A DNA stretch of 64,000 nucleotides from Eledone cirrhosa (taxonomy: Eukaryota): positions 136,090,001 to 136,154,000 of the forward strand of contig OZ024744.1 of the NCBI GenBank assembly GCA_964016885.1, given 5' to 3'. The translations under genes and the position numbers were made by a program. Below, piece by piece: positions 1-13,500 of the stretch. Position 1 is the stretch's first letter. Every line of letters starts with the position of its first letter. The notes beneath the pieces are model-generated. The model was not told the origin of the DNA. It did not search any database and worked only from the letters and a program-made list of their open reading frames with translations.

Positions 1-1276
1 TCCAGAGGAGAGAGAAGTTTATCTACAGAATAAAAGAAGTGGAGATCATGGTAGAAGAAATAACATGAATCCAGAGGAGAGAGAGGCTTATCTACAGAAT
101 AGAAGTGGAAATCATGATAGAAGAAATAACATGAATCCAGAGGAGAGAGAAGCTTATCTACAGAATAGAAGTGGAGATCATGATAGAAGAAATAACATGA
201 ATCCAGAGGAGAGAGAAGCTTATCTACAGAATAGAAGTGGAGATCATGATAGAAGAAATAACATGAATCCAGAGGAGAGAGTAGCTTATCTACAGAATAG
301 AAGTGGAGATCATGATAGAAGAAATAACATGAATCCAGAGGAGAGAGAAGTATTTCTACAGAATAGAAGAAGTGGAGATCATGGTAGAAGAAATAACATG
401 AATCCAGAGGAGAGAGAAGTTTATCTACAGAATAGAAGTGGAGATCATGATAGAAGAAATAACATGAATCCAGAGTAGAGAGTAGCTTATCTACAGAATA
501 GAAGAAGTGGAGATCATGATAGAAGAAATAAGATGAATCCAGAGGAGAGAGAAGCTTCCCTACAGAATAGAAGTGGAGATCATGGTAGAAGAAATAACAT
601 GAATCCAGAGGAGAGAGAAGCTTATCTACAGAATAGAAGAAGTGGAGATCATGATAGAAGAAATAACATGAATCCAGAGGAGAGAGAAGCTTCTCTACAG
701 AATAGAAGTGGAGATCATGGTAGAAGAAATAACATGAATCCAGAGGAGAGAGAAGTTTATCTACAGAATAGAAGAAGTGGAAATCATGATAGAAGAAATA
801 ACATGAATCCAGAGGAGAGAGAAGTTTATCTACAGAATAGAAGTGGAGATCATGATATAAGAAATAACATGAATCCAGAGGAGAGAGAAGCTTATCTACA
901 GAATAGAAGTGGAGATCATGGTAGAAGAAATAACATGAATCCAGAGGAGAGAGAAGTTTATCTACAGAATAAAAGAAGTGGAGATCATGGTAGAAGAAAT
1001 AACATGAATCCAGAGGAGAGAGAAGTTTATCTACAGAATAGAAGTGGAGATCATGGTAGAAGAAATAACATGAATCCAGAGGAGAGAGAAGTTTATCTAC
1101 AGAATAGAAGAAGTGGAGATCATGATAGAAGAAATAACATGAATCCAGAGGAGAGAGAAGTTTATCTACAGAATAGAAGAAGTGGAGATCATGATAGAAG
1201 AAATAACATGAATCCAGAGGAGAGAGAAGCTTATCTACAGAATAGAAGAAGTGGAGATCATGATAGAAGAAATAAC

Positions 1277-1681
1277 ATGAATCCAGAGGAGAGAGAAGTT
1301 TATCTACAGAATAGAAGAAGTGGAGATCATGATAGAAGAAATAACATGAATCCAGAGGAGAGAGAAGTTTATCTACAGAATAGAAGTGGAGATCATGATA
1401 GAAGAAATAACATGAATCCAGAGGAGAGAGAAGCTTATCTACAGAATAGAAGAAGTGGAGATCATGATAGAAGAAATAACATGAATCCAGAGGAGAGAGA
1501 AGCTTCTCTACAGAATAGAAGTGGAGATCATGGTAGAAGAAATAACATGAATCCAGAGGAGAGAGAAGTTTATCTACAGAATAGAAGTGGAGATCATGGT
1601 AGAAGAAATAACATGAATCCAGAGGAGAGAGAAGTTTATCTACAGAATAAAAGAAGTGGAGATCATGGTAGAAGAAATAAC
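1277..1681 (+). repeat. Example of a recurrent 6-monomer (405 bp) core block: V-RR-D, V-R-D, A-RR-D, S-R-G, V-R-G, V-KR-G
   Basis: The same ordered series of monomer types (69+66+69+66+66+69 bp) recurs throughout the translations, e.g. near 2558, 5763, 9216, 10569, 13814 and 25296. Confidence 0.85.
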
Positions 1682-3298
1682 ATGAATCCAGCGGAGAGAG
1701 AAGCTTATCTACAGAATAGAAGTGGAGATCATGGTAGAAGAAATAACATGAATCCAGCGGAGAGAGAAGCTTATCTACAGAATAGAAGTGGAGATCATGG
1801 TAGAAGAAATAACATGAATCCAGAGGAGAGAGAAGTATTTCTACAGAATAGAAGAAGTGGAGATCATGGTAGAAGAAATAACATGAATCCAGAGGAGAGA
1901 GAGGCTTATCTACAGAATAGAAGTGGAAATCATGATAGAAGAAATAACATGAATCCAGAGGAGAGAGAAGCTTATCTACAGAATAGAAGTGGAGATCATG
2001 ATAGAAGAAATAACATGAATCCAGAGGAGAGAGAAGCTTATCTACAGAATAGAAGTGGAGATCATGATAGAAGAAATAACATGAATCCAGAGGAGAGAGA
2101 AGCTTATCTACAGAATAGAAGTGGAGATCATGATAGAAGAAATAACATGAATCCAGAGGAGAGAGAAGTATTTCTACAGAATAGAAGAAGTGGAGATCAT
2201 GGTAGAAGAAATAACATGAATCCAGAGGAGAGAGAAGTTTATCTACAGAATAAAAGAAGTGGAGATCATGGTAGAAGAAATAACATGAATCCAGAGGAGA
2301 GAGAAGTTTATCTACAGAATAGAAGTGGAGATCATGGTAGAAGAAATAACATGAATCCAGAGGAGAGAGAAGTTTATCTACAGAATAGAAGAAGTGGAGA
2401 TCATGATAGAAGAAATAACATGAATCCAGAGGAGAGAGAAGTTTATCTACAGAATAGAAGAAGTGGAGATCATGATAGAAGAAATAACATGAATCCAGAG
2501 GAGAGAGAAGCTTATCTACAGAATAGAAGAAGTGGAGATCATGATAGAAGAAATAACATGAATCCAGAGGAGAGAGAAGTTTATCTACAGAATAGAAGAA
2601 GTGGAGATCATGATAGAAGAAATAACATGAATCCAGAGGAGAGAGAAGTTTATCTACAGAATAGAAGTGGAGATCATGATAGAAGAAATAACATGAATCC
2701 AGAGGAGAGAGAAGCTTATCTACAGAATAGAAGAAGTGGAGATCATGATAGAAGAAATAACATGAATCCAGAGGAGAGAGAAGCTTCTCTACAGAATAGA
2801 AGTGGAGATCATGGTAGAAGAAATAACATGAATCCAGAGGAGAGAGAAGTTTATCTACAGAATAGAAGTGGAGATCATGGTAGAAGAAATAACATGAATC
2901 CAGAGGAGAGAGAAGTTTATCTACAGAATAAAAGAAGTGGAGATCATGGTAGAAGAAATAACATGAATCCAGCGGAGAGAGAAGCTTATCTACAGAATAG
3001 AAGTGGAGATCATGATAGAAGAAATAACATGAATCCAGAGGAGAGAGAAGCTTATCTACAGAATAGAAGAAGTGGAGATCATGATAGAAGAAATAACATG
3101 AATCCAGAGGAGAGAGAAGCTTCTCTACAGAATAGAAGTGGAGATCATGGTAGAAGAAATAACATGAATCCAGAGGAGAGAGAAGTTTATCTACAGAATA
3201 GAAGTGGAGATCATGGTAGAAGAAATAACATGAATCCAGAGGAGAGAGAAGTTTATCTACAGAATAAAAGAAGTGTAGATCATGGTAGAAGAAATAAC

Positions 3299-3366
3299 AT
3301 GAATCCAGAGGAGAGAGAAGTTTATCTACAGAATAGAAGAAGTGGAGATCATGACAGAAAAATAAC
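3299..3366 (+). repeat. 68-bp monomer with a 1-bp deletion (first of 10 copies)
   Basis: GACAGAAAAATAACAGG in place of GACAGAAGAAATAACAGG. The A5 run starts at 3358, 7612, 11369, 14614, 18939, 23092, 32171, 35583, 42907 and 47936. Confidence 0.95.
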
Positions 3367-6300
3367 AGGAATCCAGAGGAGAGAGAAGTTTATCTACAGA
3401 ATAGAAGTGGAGATCATGGTAGAAGAAATAACATGAATCCAGAGGAGAGAGAAGTTTATCTACAGAATAAAAGAAGTGGAGATCATGGTAGAAGAAATAA
3501 CATGAATCCAGAGGAGAGAGAAGTTTATCTACAGAATAAAAGAAGTGGAGATCATGGTAGAAGAAATAACATGAATCCAGAGGAGAGAGAAGCTTATCTA
3601 CAGAATAGAAGAAGTGGAGATCATGATAGAAGAAATAACATGAATCCAGAGGAGAGAGAAGCTTCTCTACAGAATAGAAGTGGAGATCATGGTAGAAGAA
3701 ATAACATGAATCCAGAGGAGAGAGAAGTTTATCTACAGAATAAAAGAAGTGGAGATCATGGTAGAAGAAATAACATGAATCCAGAGGAGAGAGAAGTTTA
3801 TCTACAGAATAAAAGAAGTGGAGATCATGGTAGAAGAAATAACATGAATCCAGAGGAGAGAGAAGTTTATCTACAGAATAAAAGAAGTGGAGATCATGGT
3901 AGAAGAAATAACATGAATCCAGAGGAGAGAGAGGCTTATCTACAGAATAGAAGTGGAAATCATGATAGAAGAAATAACATGAATCCAGAGGAGATCATGA
4001 TAGAAGAAATAACATGAATCCAGAGGAGAGAGAAGCTTATCTACAGAATAGAAGTGGAGATCATGATAGAAGAAATAACATGAATCCAGAGGAGAGAGAA
4101 GCTTATCTACAGAATAGAAGTGGAGATCATGATAGAAGAAATAACATGAATTCAGAGGAGAGAGAAGTATTTCTACAGAATAGAAGAAGTGGAGATCATG
4201 GTAGAAGAAATAACATGAATCCAGAGGAGAGAGAAGTTTATCTACAGAATAGAAGTGGAGATCATGATAGAAGAAATAACATGAATCCAGAGGAGAGAGT
4301 AGCTTATCTACAGAATAGAAGAAGTGGAGATCATGATAGAAGAAATAACATGAATCCAGAGGAGAGAGAAGCTTCTCTACAGAATAGAAGTGGAGATCAT
4401 GGTAGAAGAAATAACATGAATCCAGAGGAGAGAGAAGCTTATCTACAGAACAGAAGAAGTGCAGATCATGATAGAAGAAATAACATGAATCCAGAGGAGA
4501 GAGAAGCTTCTCTACAGAATAGAAGTGGAGATCATGGTAGAAGAAATAACATGAATCCAGAGGAGAGAGAAGTTTATCTACAGAATAGAAGAAGTGGAGA
4601 TCATGATAGAAGAAATAACATGAATCCAGAGGAGAGAGAAGTTTATCTACAGAATAGAAGAAGTGGAGATCATGGTAGAAGAAATAACAGGAATCCAGAG
4701 GAGAGAGAAGTTTATCTACAGAATAGAAGTGGAGATCATGATAGAAGAAATAACATGAATCCAGAGGAGAGAGAAGTTTATCTACAGAATAGAAGAAGTG
4801 GAGATCATGATAGAAGAAATAACATGAATCCAGAGGAGAGAGAAGCTTCTCTACAGAATAGAAGTGGAGATCATGGTAGAAGAAATAACAGGAATCCAGA
4901 GGAGAGAGAAGTTTATCTACAGAATAGAAGAAGTGGAGATCATGATAGAAGAAATAACATGAATCCAGAGGAGAGAGAAGTTTATCTACAGAAAAGAAGT
5001 GGAGATCATGACAGAAGAAATAACAGGAATCCAGAGGAGAGAGAAGTTTATCTACAGAATAGAAGTGGAGATCATGATAGAAGAAATAACATGAATCCAG
5101 AGGAGAGAGAAGTTTATCTACAGAATAGAAGAAGTGGAGATCATGATAGAAGAAATAACATGAATCCAGAGGAGAGAGAAGCTTCTCTACAGAATAGAAG
5201 TGGAGATCATGGTAGAAGAAATAACAGGAATCCAGAGGAGAGAGAAGTTTATCTACAGAATAGAAGAAGTGGAGATCATGATAGAAGAAATAACATGAAT
5301 CCAGAGGAGAGAGAAGCTTCTCTACAGAATAGAAGTGGAGATCATGGTAGAAGAAATAACATGAATCCAGAGGAGAGAGAAGTTTATCTACAGAATAGAA
5401 GTGGAGATCATGGTAGAAGAAATAACATGAATCAAGAGGAGAGAGAAGTTTATCTACAGAATAGAAGTGGAGATCATGATAGAAGAAATAACATGAATCC
5501 AGAGGAGAGAGTAGCTTATCTACAGAATAGAAGAAGTGGAGATCATGATAGAAGAAATAACATGAATCCAGAGGAGAGAGAAGCTTCTCTACAGAATAGA
5601 AGTGGAGATCATGGTAGAAGAAATAACATGAATCCAGAGGAGAGAGAAGCTTATCTACAGAATAGAAGAAGTAGAGATCATGATAGAAGAAATAACATGA
5701 ATCCAGAGGAGAGAGAAGCTTCTCTACAGAATAGAAGTGGAGATCATGGTAGAAGAAATAACATGAATCCAGAGGAGAGAGAAGTTTATCTACAGAATAG
5801 AAGAAGTGGAGATCATGATAGAAGAAATAACATGAATCCAGAGGAGAGAGAAGTTTATCTACAGAATAGAAGTGGAGATCATGATAGAAGAAATAACATG
5901 AATCCAGAGGAGAGAGAAGCTTATCTACAGAATAGAAGAAGTGGAGATCATGATAGAAGAAATAACATGAATCCAGAGGAGAGAGAAGCTTCTCTACAGA
6001 ATAGAAGTGGAGATCATGGTAGAAGAAATAACATGAATCCAGAGGAGAGAGAAGTTTATCTACAGAATAGAAGTGGAGATCATGGTAGAAGAAATAACAT
6101 GAATCCAGAGGAGAGAGAAGTTTATCTACAGAATAAAAGAAGTGGAGATCATGGTAGAAGAAATAACATGAATCCAGAGGAGAGAGAAGTTTATCTACAG
6201 AATAAAAGAAGTGGAGATCATGGTAGAAGAAATAACATGAATCCAGAGGAGAGAGAGGCTTATCTACAGAATAGAAGTGGAAATCATGATAGAAGAAATA

Positions 6301-8940
6301 ACATGAATCCAGAGGAGATCATGATAGAAGAAATAACATGAATCCAGAGGAGAGAGAAGCTTATCTACAGAATAGAAGTGGAGATCATGATAGAAGAAAT
6401 AACATGAATCCAGAGGAGAGAGAAGCTTATCTACAGAATAGAAGTGGAGATCATGATAGAAGAAATAACATGAATTCAGAGGAGAGAGAAGTATTTCTAC
6501 AGAATAGAAGAAGTGGAGATCATGGTAGAAGAAATAACATGAATCCAGAGGAGAGAGAAGTTTATCTACAGAATAGAAGTGGAGATCATGATAGAAGAAA
6601 TAACATGAATCCAGAGGAGAGAGTAGCTTATCTACAGAATAGAAGAAGTGGAGATCATGATAGAAGAAATAACATGAATCCAGAGGAGAGAGAAGCTTCT
6701 CTACAGAATAGAAGTGGAGATCATGGTAGAAGAAATAACATGAATCCAGAGGAGAGAGAAGCTTATCTACAGAATAGAAGAAGTGCAGATCATGATAGAA
6801 GAAATAACATGAATCCAGAGGGGAGAGAAGCTTCTCTACAGAATAGAAGTGGAGATCATGGTAGAAGAAATAACATGAATCCAGAGGAGAGAGAAGTTTA
6901 TCTACAGAATAGAAGAAGTGGAGATCATGATAGAAGAAATAACATGAATCCAGAGGAGAGAGAAGTTTATCTACAGAATAGAAGAAGTGGAGATCATGGT
7001 AGAAGAAATAACAGGAATCCAGAGGAGAGAGAAGTTTATCTACAGAATAGAAGTGGAGATCATGATAGAAGAAATAACATGAATCCAGAGGAGAGAGAAG
7101 TTTATCTACAGAATAGAAGAAGTGGAGATCATGATAGAAGAAATAACATGAATCCAGAGGAGAGAGAAGTTTATCTACAGAATAGAAGTGGAGATCATGA
7201 TAGAAGAAATAACATGAATCCAGAGGAGAGAGAAGCTTATCTACAGAATAGAAGAAGTGGAGATCATGATAGAAGAAATAACATGAATCCAGAGGAGAGA
7301 GAAGCTTCTCTACAGAATAGAAGTGGAGATCATGGTAGAAGAAATAACATGAATCCAGAGGAGAGAGAAGTTTATCTACAGAATAGAAGTGGAGATCATG
7401 GTAGAAGAAATAACATGAATCCAGAGGAGAGAGAAGTTTATCTACAGAATAAAAGAAGTGGAGATCATGGTAGAAGAAATAACATGAATCCAGAGGAGAG
7501 AGAAGTTTATCTACAGAATAAAAGAAGTGGAGATCATGGTAGAAGAAATAACATGAATCCAGAGGAGAGAGAAGTTTATCTACAGAATAGAAGAAGTGGA
7601 GATCATGACAGAAAAATAACAGGAATCCAGAGGAGAGAGAAGTTTATCTACAGAATAGAAGTGGAGATCATGGTAGAAGAAATAACATGAATCCAGAGAA
7701 GAGAGAAGTTTATCTACAGAATAAAAGAAGTGGAGATCATGGTAGAAGAAATAACATGAATCCAGAGGAGAGAGAAGTTTATCTACAGAATAAAAGAAGT
7801 GGAGATCATGGTAGAAGAAATAACATGAATCCAGAGGAGAGAGAAGCTTATCTACAGAATAGAAGAAGTGGAGATCATGATAGAAGAAATAACATGAATC
7901 CAGAGGAGAGAGAAGCTTCTCTACAGAATAGAAGTGGAGATCATGGTAGAAGAAATAACATGAATCCAGAGGAGAGAGAAGTTTATCTACAGAATAAAAG
8001 AAGTGGAGATCATGGTAGAAGAAATAACATGAATCCAGAGGAGAGAGAAGTTTATCTACAGAATAAAAGAAGTGGAGATCATGGTAGAAGAAATAACATG
8101 AATCCAGAGGAGAGAGAAGTTTATCTACAGAATAAAAGAAGTGGAGATCATGGTAGAAGAAATAACATGAATCCAGAGGAGAGAGAGGCTTATCTACAGA
8201 ATAGAAGTGGAAATCATGATAGAAGAAATAACATGAATCCAGAGGAGATCATGATAGAAGAAATAACATGAATCCAGAGGAGAGAGAAGCTTATCTACAG
8301 AATAGAAGTGGAGATCATGATAGAAGAAATAACATGAATCCAGAGGAGAGAGAAGCTTATCTACAGAATAGAAGTGGAGATCATGATAGAAGAAATAACA
8401 TGAATTCAGAGGAGAGGGAAGTATTTCTACAGAATAGAAGAAGTGGAGATCATGGTAGAAGAAATAACATGAATCCAGAGGAGAGAGAAGTTTATCTACA
8501 GAATAGAAGTGGAGATCATGATAGAAGAAATAACATGAATCCAGAGGAGAGAGTAGCTTATCTACAGAATAGAAGAAGTGGAGATCATGATAGAAGAAAT
8601 AACATGAATCCAGAGGAGAGAGAAGCTTCTCTACAGAATAGAAGTGGAGATCATGGTAGAAGAAATAACATGAATCCAGAGGAGAGAGAAGCTTATCTAC
8701 AGAATAGAAGAAGTGCAGATCATGATAGAAGAAATAACATGAATCCAGAGGAGAGAGAAGCTTCTCTACAGAATAGAAGTGGAGATCATGGTAGAAGAAA
8801 TAACATGAATCCAGAGGAGAGAGAAGTTTATCTACAGAATAGAAGAAGTGGAGATCATGATAGAAGAAATAACATGAATCCAGAGGAGAGAGAAGTTTAT
8901 CTACAGAATAGAAGAAGTAGAGATCATGGTAGAAGAAATA
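3358..8940 (+). repeat. Internal higher-order structure with 4254 bp (=2324+1930) spacing
   Basis: 3433->7687 and 4014->8268 are both 4254 bp. The 35-bp monomers at 3979, 6303 and 8233 and the GAATTC variants at 4148, 6472 and 8402 are spaced 2324 and 1930 bp. Confidence 0.85.
3979..4013 (+). repeat. Truncated 35-bp monomer (first of 13 copies)
   Basis: ATGAATCCAGAGGAGATCATGATAGAAGAAATAAC at 3979, 6303, 8233, 21783, 23713, 32792, 36204, 43528, 48557, 51628, 54030, 56567 and 58969. Confidence 0.95.
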
Positions 8941-10568
8941 ACAGGAATCCAGAGGAGAGAGAAGTTTATCTACAGAATAGAAGTGGAGATCATGATAGAA
9001 GAAATAACATGAATCCAGAGGAGAGAGAAGTTTATCTACAGAATAGAAGAAGTGGAGATCATGATAGAAGAAATAACATGAATCCAGAGGAGAGAGAAGT
9101 TTATCTACAGAATAGAAGAAGTGGAGATCATGATAGAAGAAATAACATGAATCCAGAGGAGAGAGAAGCTTATCTACAGAATAGAAGAAGTGGAGATCAT
9201 GATAGAAGAAATAACATGAATCCAGAGGAGAGAGAAGTTTATCTACAGAATAGAAGAAGTGGAGATCATGATAGAAGAAATAACATGAATCCAGAGGAGA
9301 GAGAAGTTTATCTACAGAATAGAAGTGGAGATCATGATAGAAGAAATAACATGAATCCAGAGGAGAGAGAAGCTTATCTACAGAATAGAAGAAGTGGAGA
9401 TCATGATAGAAGAAATAACATGAATCCAGAGGAGAGAGAAGCTTCTCTACAGAATAGAAGTGGAGATCATGGTAGAAGAAATAACATGAATCCAGAGGAG
9501 AGAGAAGTTTATCTACAGAATAGAAGTGGAGATCATGGTAGAAGAAATAACATGAATCCAGAGGAGAGAGAAGTTTATCTACAGAATAAAAGAAGTGGAG
9601 ATCATGGTAGAAGAAATAACATGAATCCAGCGGAGAGAGAAGCTTATCTACAGAATAGAAGTGGAGATCATGGTAGAAGAAATAACATGAATCCAGAGGA
9701 GAGAGAAGTTTATCTACAGAATAAAAGAAGTGGAGATCATGGTAGAAGAAATAACATGAATCCAGCGGAGAGAGAAGCTTATCTACAGAATAGAAGTGGA
9801 GATCATGGTAGAAGAAATAACATGAATCCAGAGGAGAGAGAAGTATTTCTACAGAATAGAAGAAGTGGAGATCATGGTAGAAGAAATAACATGAATCCAG
9901 AGGAGAGAGAGGCTTATCTACAGAATAGAAGTGGAAATCATGATAGAAGAAATAACATGAATCCAGAGGAGAGAGAAGTTTATCTACAGAATAGAAGAAG
10001 TGGAGATCATGATAGAAGAAATAACATGAATCCAGAGGAGAGAGAAGCTTCTCTACAGAATAGAAGTGGAGATCATGGTAGAAGAAATAACAGGAATCCA
10101 GAGGAGAGAGAAGTTTATCTACAGAATAGAAGAAGTGGAGATCATGATAGAAGAAATAACATGAATCCAGAGGAGAGAGAAGCTTCTCTACAGAATAGAA
10201 GTGGAGATCATGGTAGAAGAAATAACATGAATCCAGAGGAGAGAGAAGTTTATCTACAGAATAAAAGAAGTGGAGATCATGGTAGAAGAAATAACATGAA
10301 TCCAGAGGAGAGAGAAGTTTATCTACAGAATAGAAGTGGAGATCATGGTAGAAGAAATAACATGAATCCAGAGGAGAGAGAAGTTTATCTACAGAATAGA
10401 AGAAGTGGAGATCATGATAGAAGAAATAACATGAATCCAGAGGAGAGAGAAGTTTATCTACAGAATAGAAGAAGTGGAGATCATGATAGAAGAAATAACA
10501 TGAATCCAGAGGAGAGAGAAGCTTATCTACAGAATAGAAGAAGTGGAGATCATGATAGAAGAAATAAC

Positions 10569-13500
10569 ATGAATCCAGAGGAGAGAGAAGTTTATCTACA
10601 GAATAGAAGAAGTGGAGATCATGATAGAAGAAATAACATGAATCCAGAGGAGAGAGAAGTTTATCTACAGAATAGAAGTGGAGATCATGATAGAAGAAAT
10701 AACATGAATCCAGAGGAGAGAGAAGCTTATCTACAGAATAGAAGAAGTGGAGATCATGATAGAAGAAATAACATGAATCCAGAGGAGAGAGAAGCTTCTC
10801 TACAGAATAGAAGTGGAGATCATGGTAGAAGAAATAACATGAATCCAGAGGAGAGAGAAGTTTATCTACAGAATAGAAGTGGAGATCATGGTAGAAGAAA
10901 TAACATGAATCCAGAGGAGAGAGAAGTTTATCTACAGAATAAAAGAAGTGGAGATCATGGTAGAAGAAATAACATGAATCCAGCGGAGAGAGAAACTTAT
11001 CTACAGAATAGAAGTGGAGATCATGATAGAAGAAATAACATGAATCCAGAGGAGAGAGAAGCTTATCTACAGAATAGAAGAAGTGGAGATCATGATAGAA
11101 GAAATAACATGAATCCAGAGGAGAGAGAAGCTTCTCTACAGAATAGAAGTGGAGATCATGGTAGAAGAAATAACATGAATCCAGAGGAGAGAGAAGTTTA
11201 TCTACAGAATAGAAGTGGAGATCATGGTAGAAGAAATAACATGAATCCAGAGGAGAGAGAAGTTTATCTACAGAATAAAAGAAGTGGAGATCATGGTAGA
11301 AGAAATAACATGAATCCAGAGGAGAGAGAAGTTTATCTACAGAATAGAAGAAGTGGAGATCATGACAGAAAAATAACAGGAATCCAGAGGAGAGAGAAGT
11401 TTATCTACAGAATAGAAGTGGAGATCATGGTAGAAGAAATAACATGAATCCAGAGGAGAGAGAAGTTTATCTACAGAATAAAAGAAGTGGAGATCATGGT
11501 AGAAGAAATAACATGAATCCAGAGGAGAGAGAAGTTTATCTACAGAATAAAAGAAGTGGAGATCATGGTAGAAGAAATAACATGAATCCAGAGGAGAGAG
11601 AAGCTTATCTACAGAATAGAAGAAGTGGAGATCATGATAGAAGAAATAACATGAATCCAGAGGAGAGAGAAGTTTATCTACAGAATAGAAGAAGTGGAGA
11701 TCATGATAGAAGAAATAACATGAATCCAGAGGAGAGAGAAGTTTATCTACAGAATAGAAGAAGTGGAGATCATGATAGAAGAAATAACATGAATCCAGAG
11801 GAGAGAGAAACTTATCTACAGAATAGAAGAAGTGGAGATCATGATAGAAGAAATAACATGAATCCAGAGGAGAGAGAAGTTTATCTACAGAATAGAAGAA
11901 GTGGAGATCATGATAGAAGAAATAACATGAATCCAGAGGAGAGAGAAGTTTATCTACAGAATAGAAGTGGAGATCATGATAGAAGAAATAACATGAATCC
12001 AGAGGAGAGAGAAGCTTATCTACAGAATAGAAGAAGTGGAGATCATGATAGAAGAAATAACATGAATCCAGAGGAGGGAGAAGCTTCTCTACAGAATAGA
12101 AGTGGAGATCATGGTAGAAGAAATAACATGAATCCAGAGGAGAGAGAAGTTTATCTACAGAATAGAAGTGGAGATCATGGTAGAAGAAATAACATGAATC
12201 CAGAGGAGAGAGAAGTTTATCTACAGAATAAAAGAAGTGGAGATCATGGTAGAAGAAATAACATGAATCCAGAGGAGAGAGAAGTTTATCTACAGAATAA
12301 AAGAAGTGGAGATCATGGTAGAAGAAATAACATGAATCCAGAGGAGAGAGAGGCTTATCTACAGAATAGAAGTGGAAATCATGATAGAAGAAATAACATG
12401 AATCCAGAGGAGAGAGAAGCTTATCTACAGAATAGAAGTGGAGATCATGATAGAAGAAATAACATGAATCCAGAGGAGAGAGAAGCTTATCTACAGAATA
12501 GAAGTGGAGATCATGATAGAAGAAATAACATGAATCCAGAGGAGAGAGTAGCTTATCTACAGAATAGAAGTGGAGATCATGATAGAAGAAATAACATGAA
12601 TCCAGAGGAGAGAGAAGTATTTCTACAGAATAGAAGAAGTGGAGATCATGGTAGAAGAAATAACATGAATCCAGAGGAGAGAGAAGTTTATCTACAGAAT
12701 AGAAGTGGAGATCATGATAGAAGAAATAACATGAATCCAGAGGAGAGAGTAGCTTATCTACAGAATAGAAGAAGTGGAGATCATGATAGAAGAAATAAGA
12801 TGAATCCAGAGGAGAGAGAAGCTTCCCTACAGAATAGAAGTGGAGATCATGGTAGAAGAAATAACATGAATCCAGAGGAGAGAGAAGCTTATCTACAGAA
12901 TAGAAGAAGTGGAGATCATGATAGAAGAAATAACATGAATCCAGAGGAGAGAGAAGCTTCTCTACAGAATAGAAGTGGAGATCATGGTAGAAGAAATAAC
13001 ATGAATCCAGAGGAGAGAGAAGTTTATCTACAGAATAGAAGAAGTGGAAATCATGATAGAAGAAATAACATGAATCCAGAGGAGAGAGAAGTTTATCTAC
13101 AGAATAGAAGTGGAGATCATGATATAAGAAATAACATGAATCCAGAGGAGAGAGAAGCTTATCTACAGAATAGAAGTGGAGATCATGGTAGAAGAAATAA
13201 CATGAATCCAGAGGAGAGAGAAGTTTATCTACAGAATAAAAGAAGTGGAGATCATGGTAGAAGAAATAACATGAATCCAGAGGAGAGAGAAGTTTATCTA
13301 CAGAATAGAAGTGGAGATCATGGTAGAAGAAATAACATGAATCCAGAGGAGAGAGAAGTTTATCTACAGAATAGAAGAAGTGGAGATCATGATAGAAGAA
13401 ATAACATGAATCCAGAGGAGAGAGAAGTTTATCTACAGAATAGAAGAAGTGGAGATCATGATAGAAGAAATAACATGAATCCAGAGGAGAGAGAAGCTTA

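Noticed and set aside
73-80. AGGAG/GGAG Shine-Dalgarno-like motifs
   Set aside because: They are an intrinsic part of a purine-rich monomer, are not at canonical spacing from the in-frame ATG, and there is no evidence of a prokaryotic context.
177-184. ATCATGAT palindrome, plus AAGCTT and GATC sites
   Set aside because: Too short for a stable hairpin or terminator; useful only as restriction markers.
3356-3363. Programmed ribosomal frameshift at the A5 run
   Set aside because: It is not a canonical X XXY YYZ slippery heptamer and has no evident downstream structure. A simple genomic deletion explains it.
3433-3436. ATGA stop/start overlaps between successive ORFs, suggesting a translationally coupled operon
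   Set aside because: Every monomer junction reads AAC-ATG-AAT, so any -1 frameshift ends at the TGA overlapping the next ATG. It is an automatic consequence of the repeat.
3359-3436. Distinct C-terminal tails KITGIQRREKFIYRIEVEIMVEEIT and IMIEEIT as sorting signals
   Set aside because: They are just the monomer read in the shifted frame after the 1-bp or 31-bp deletion.
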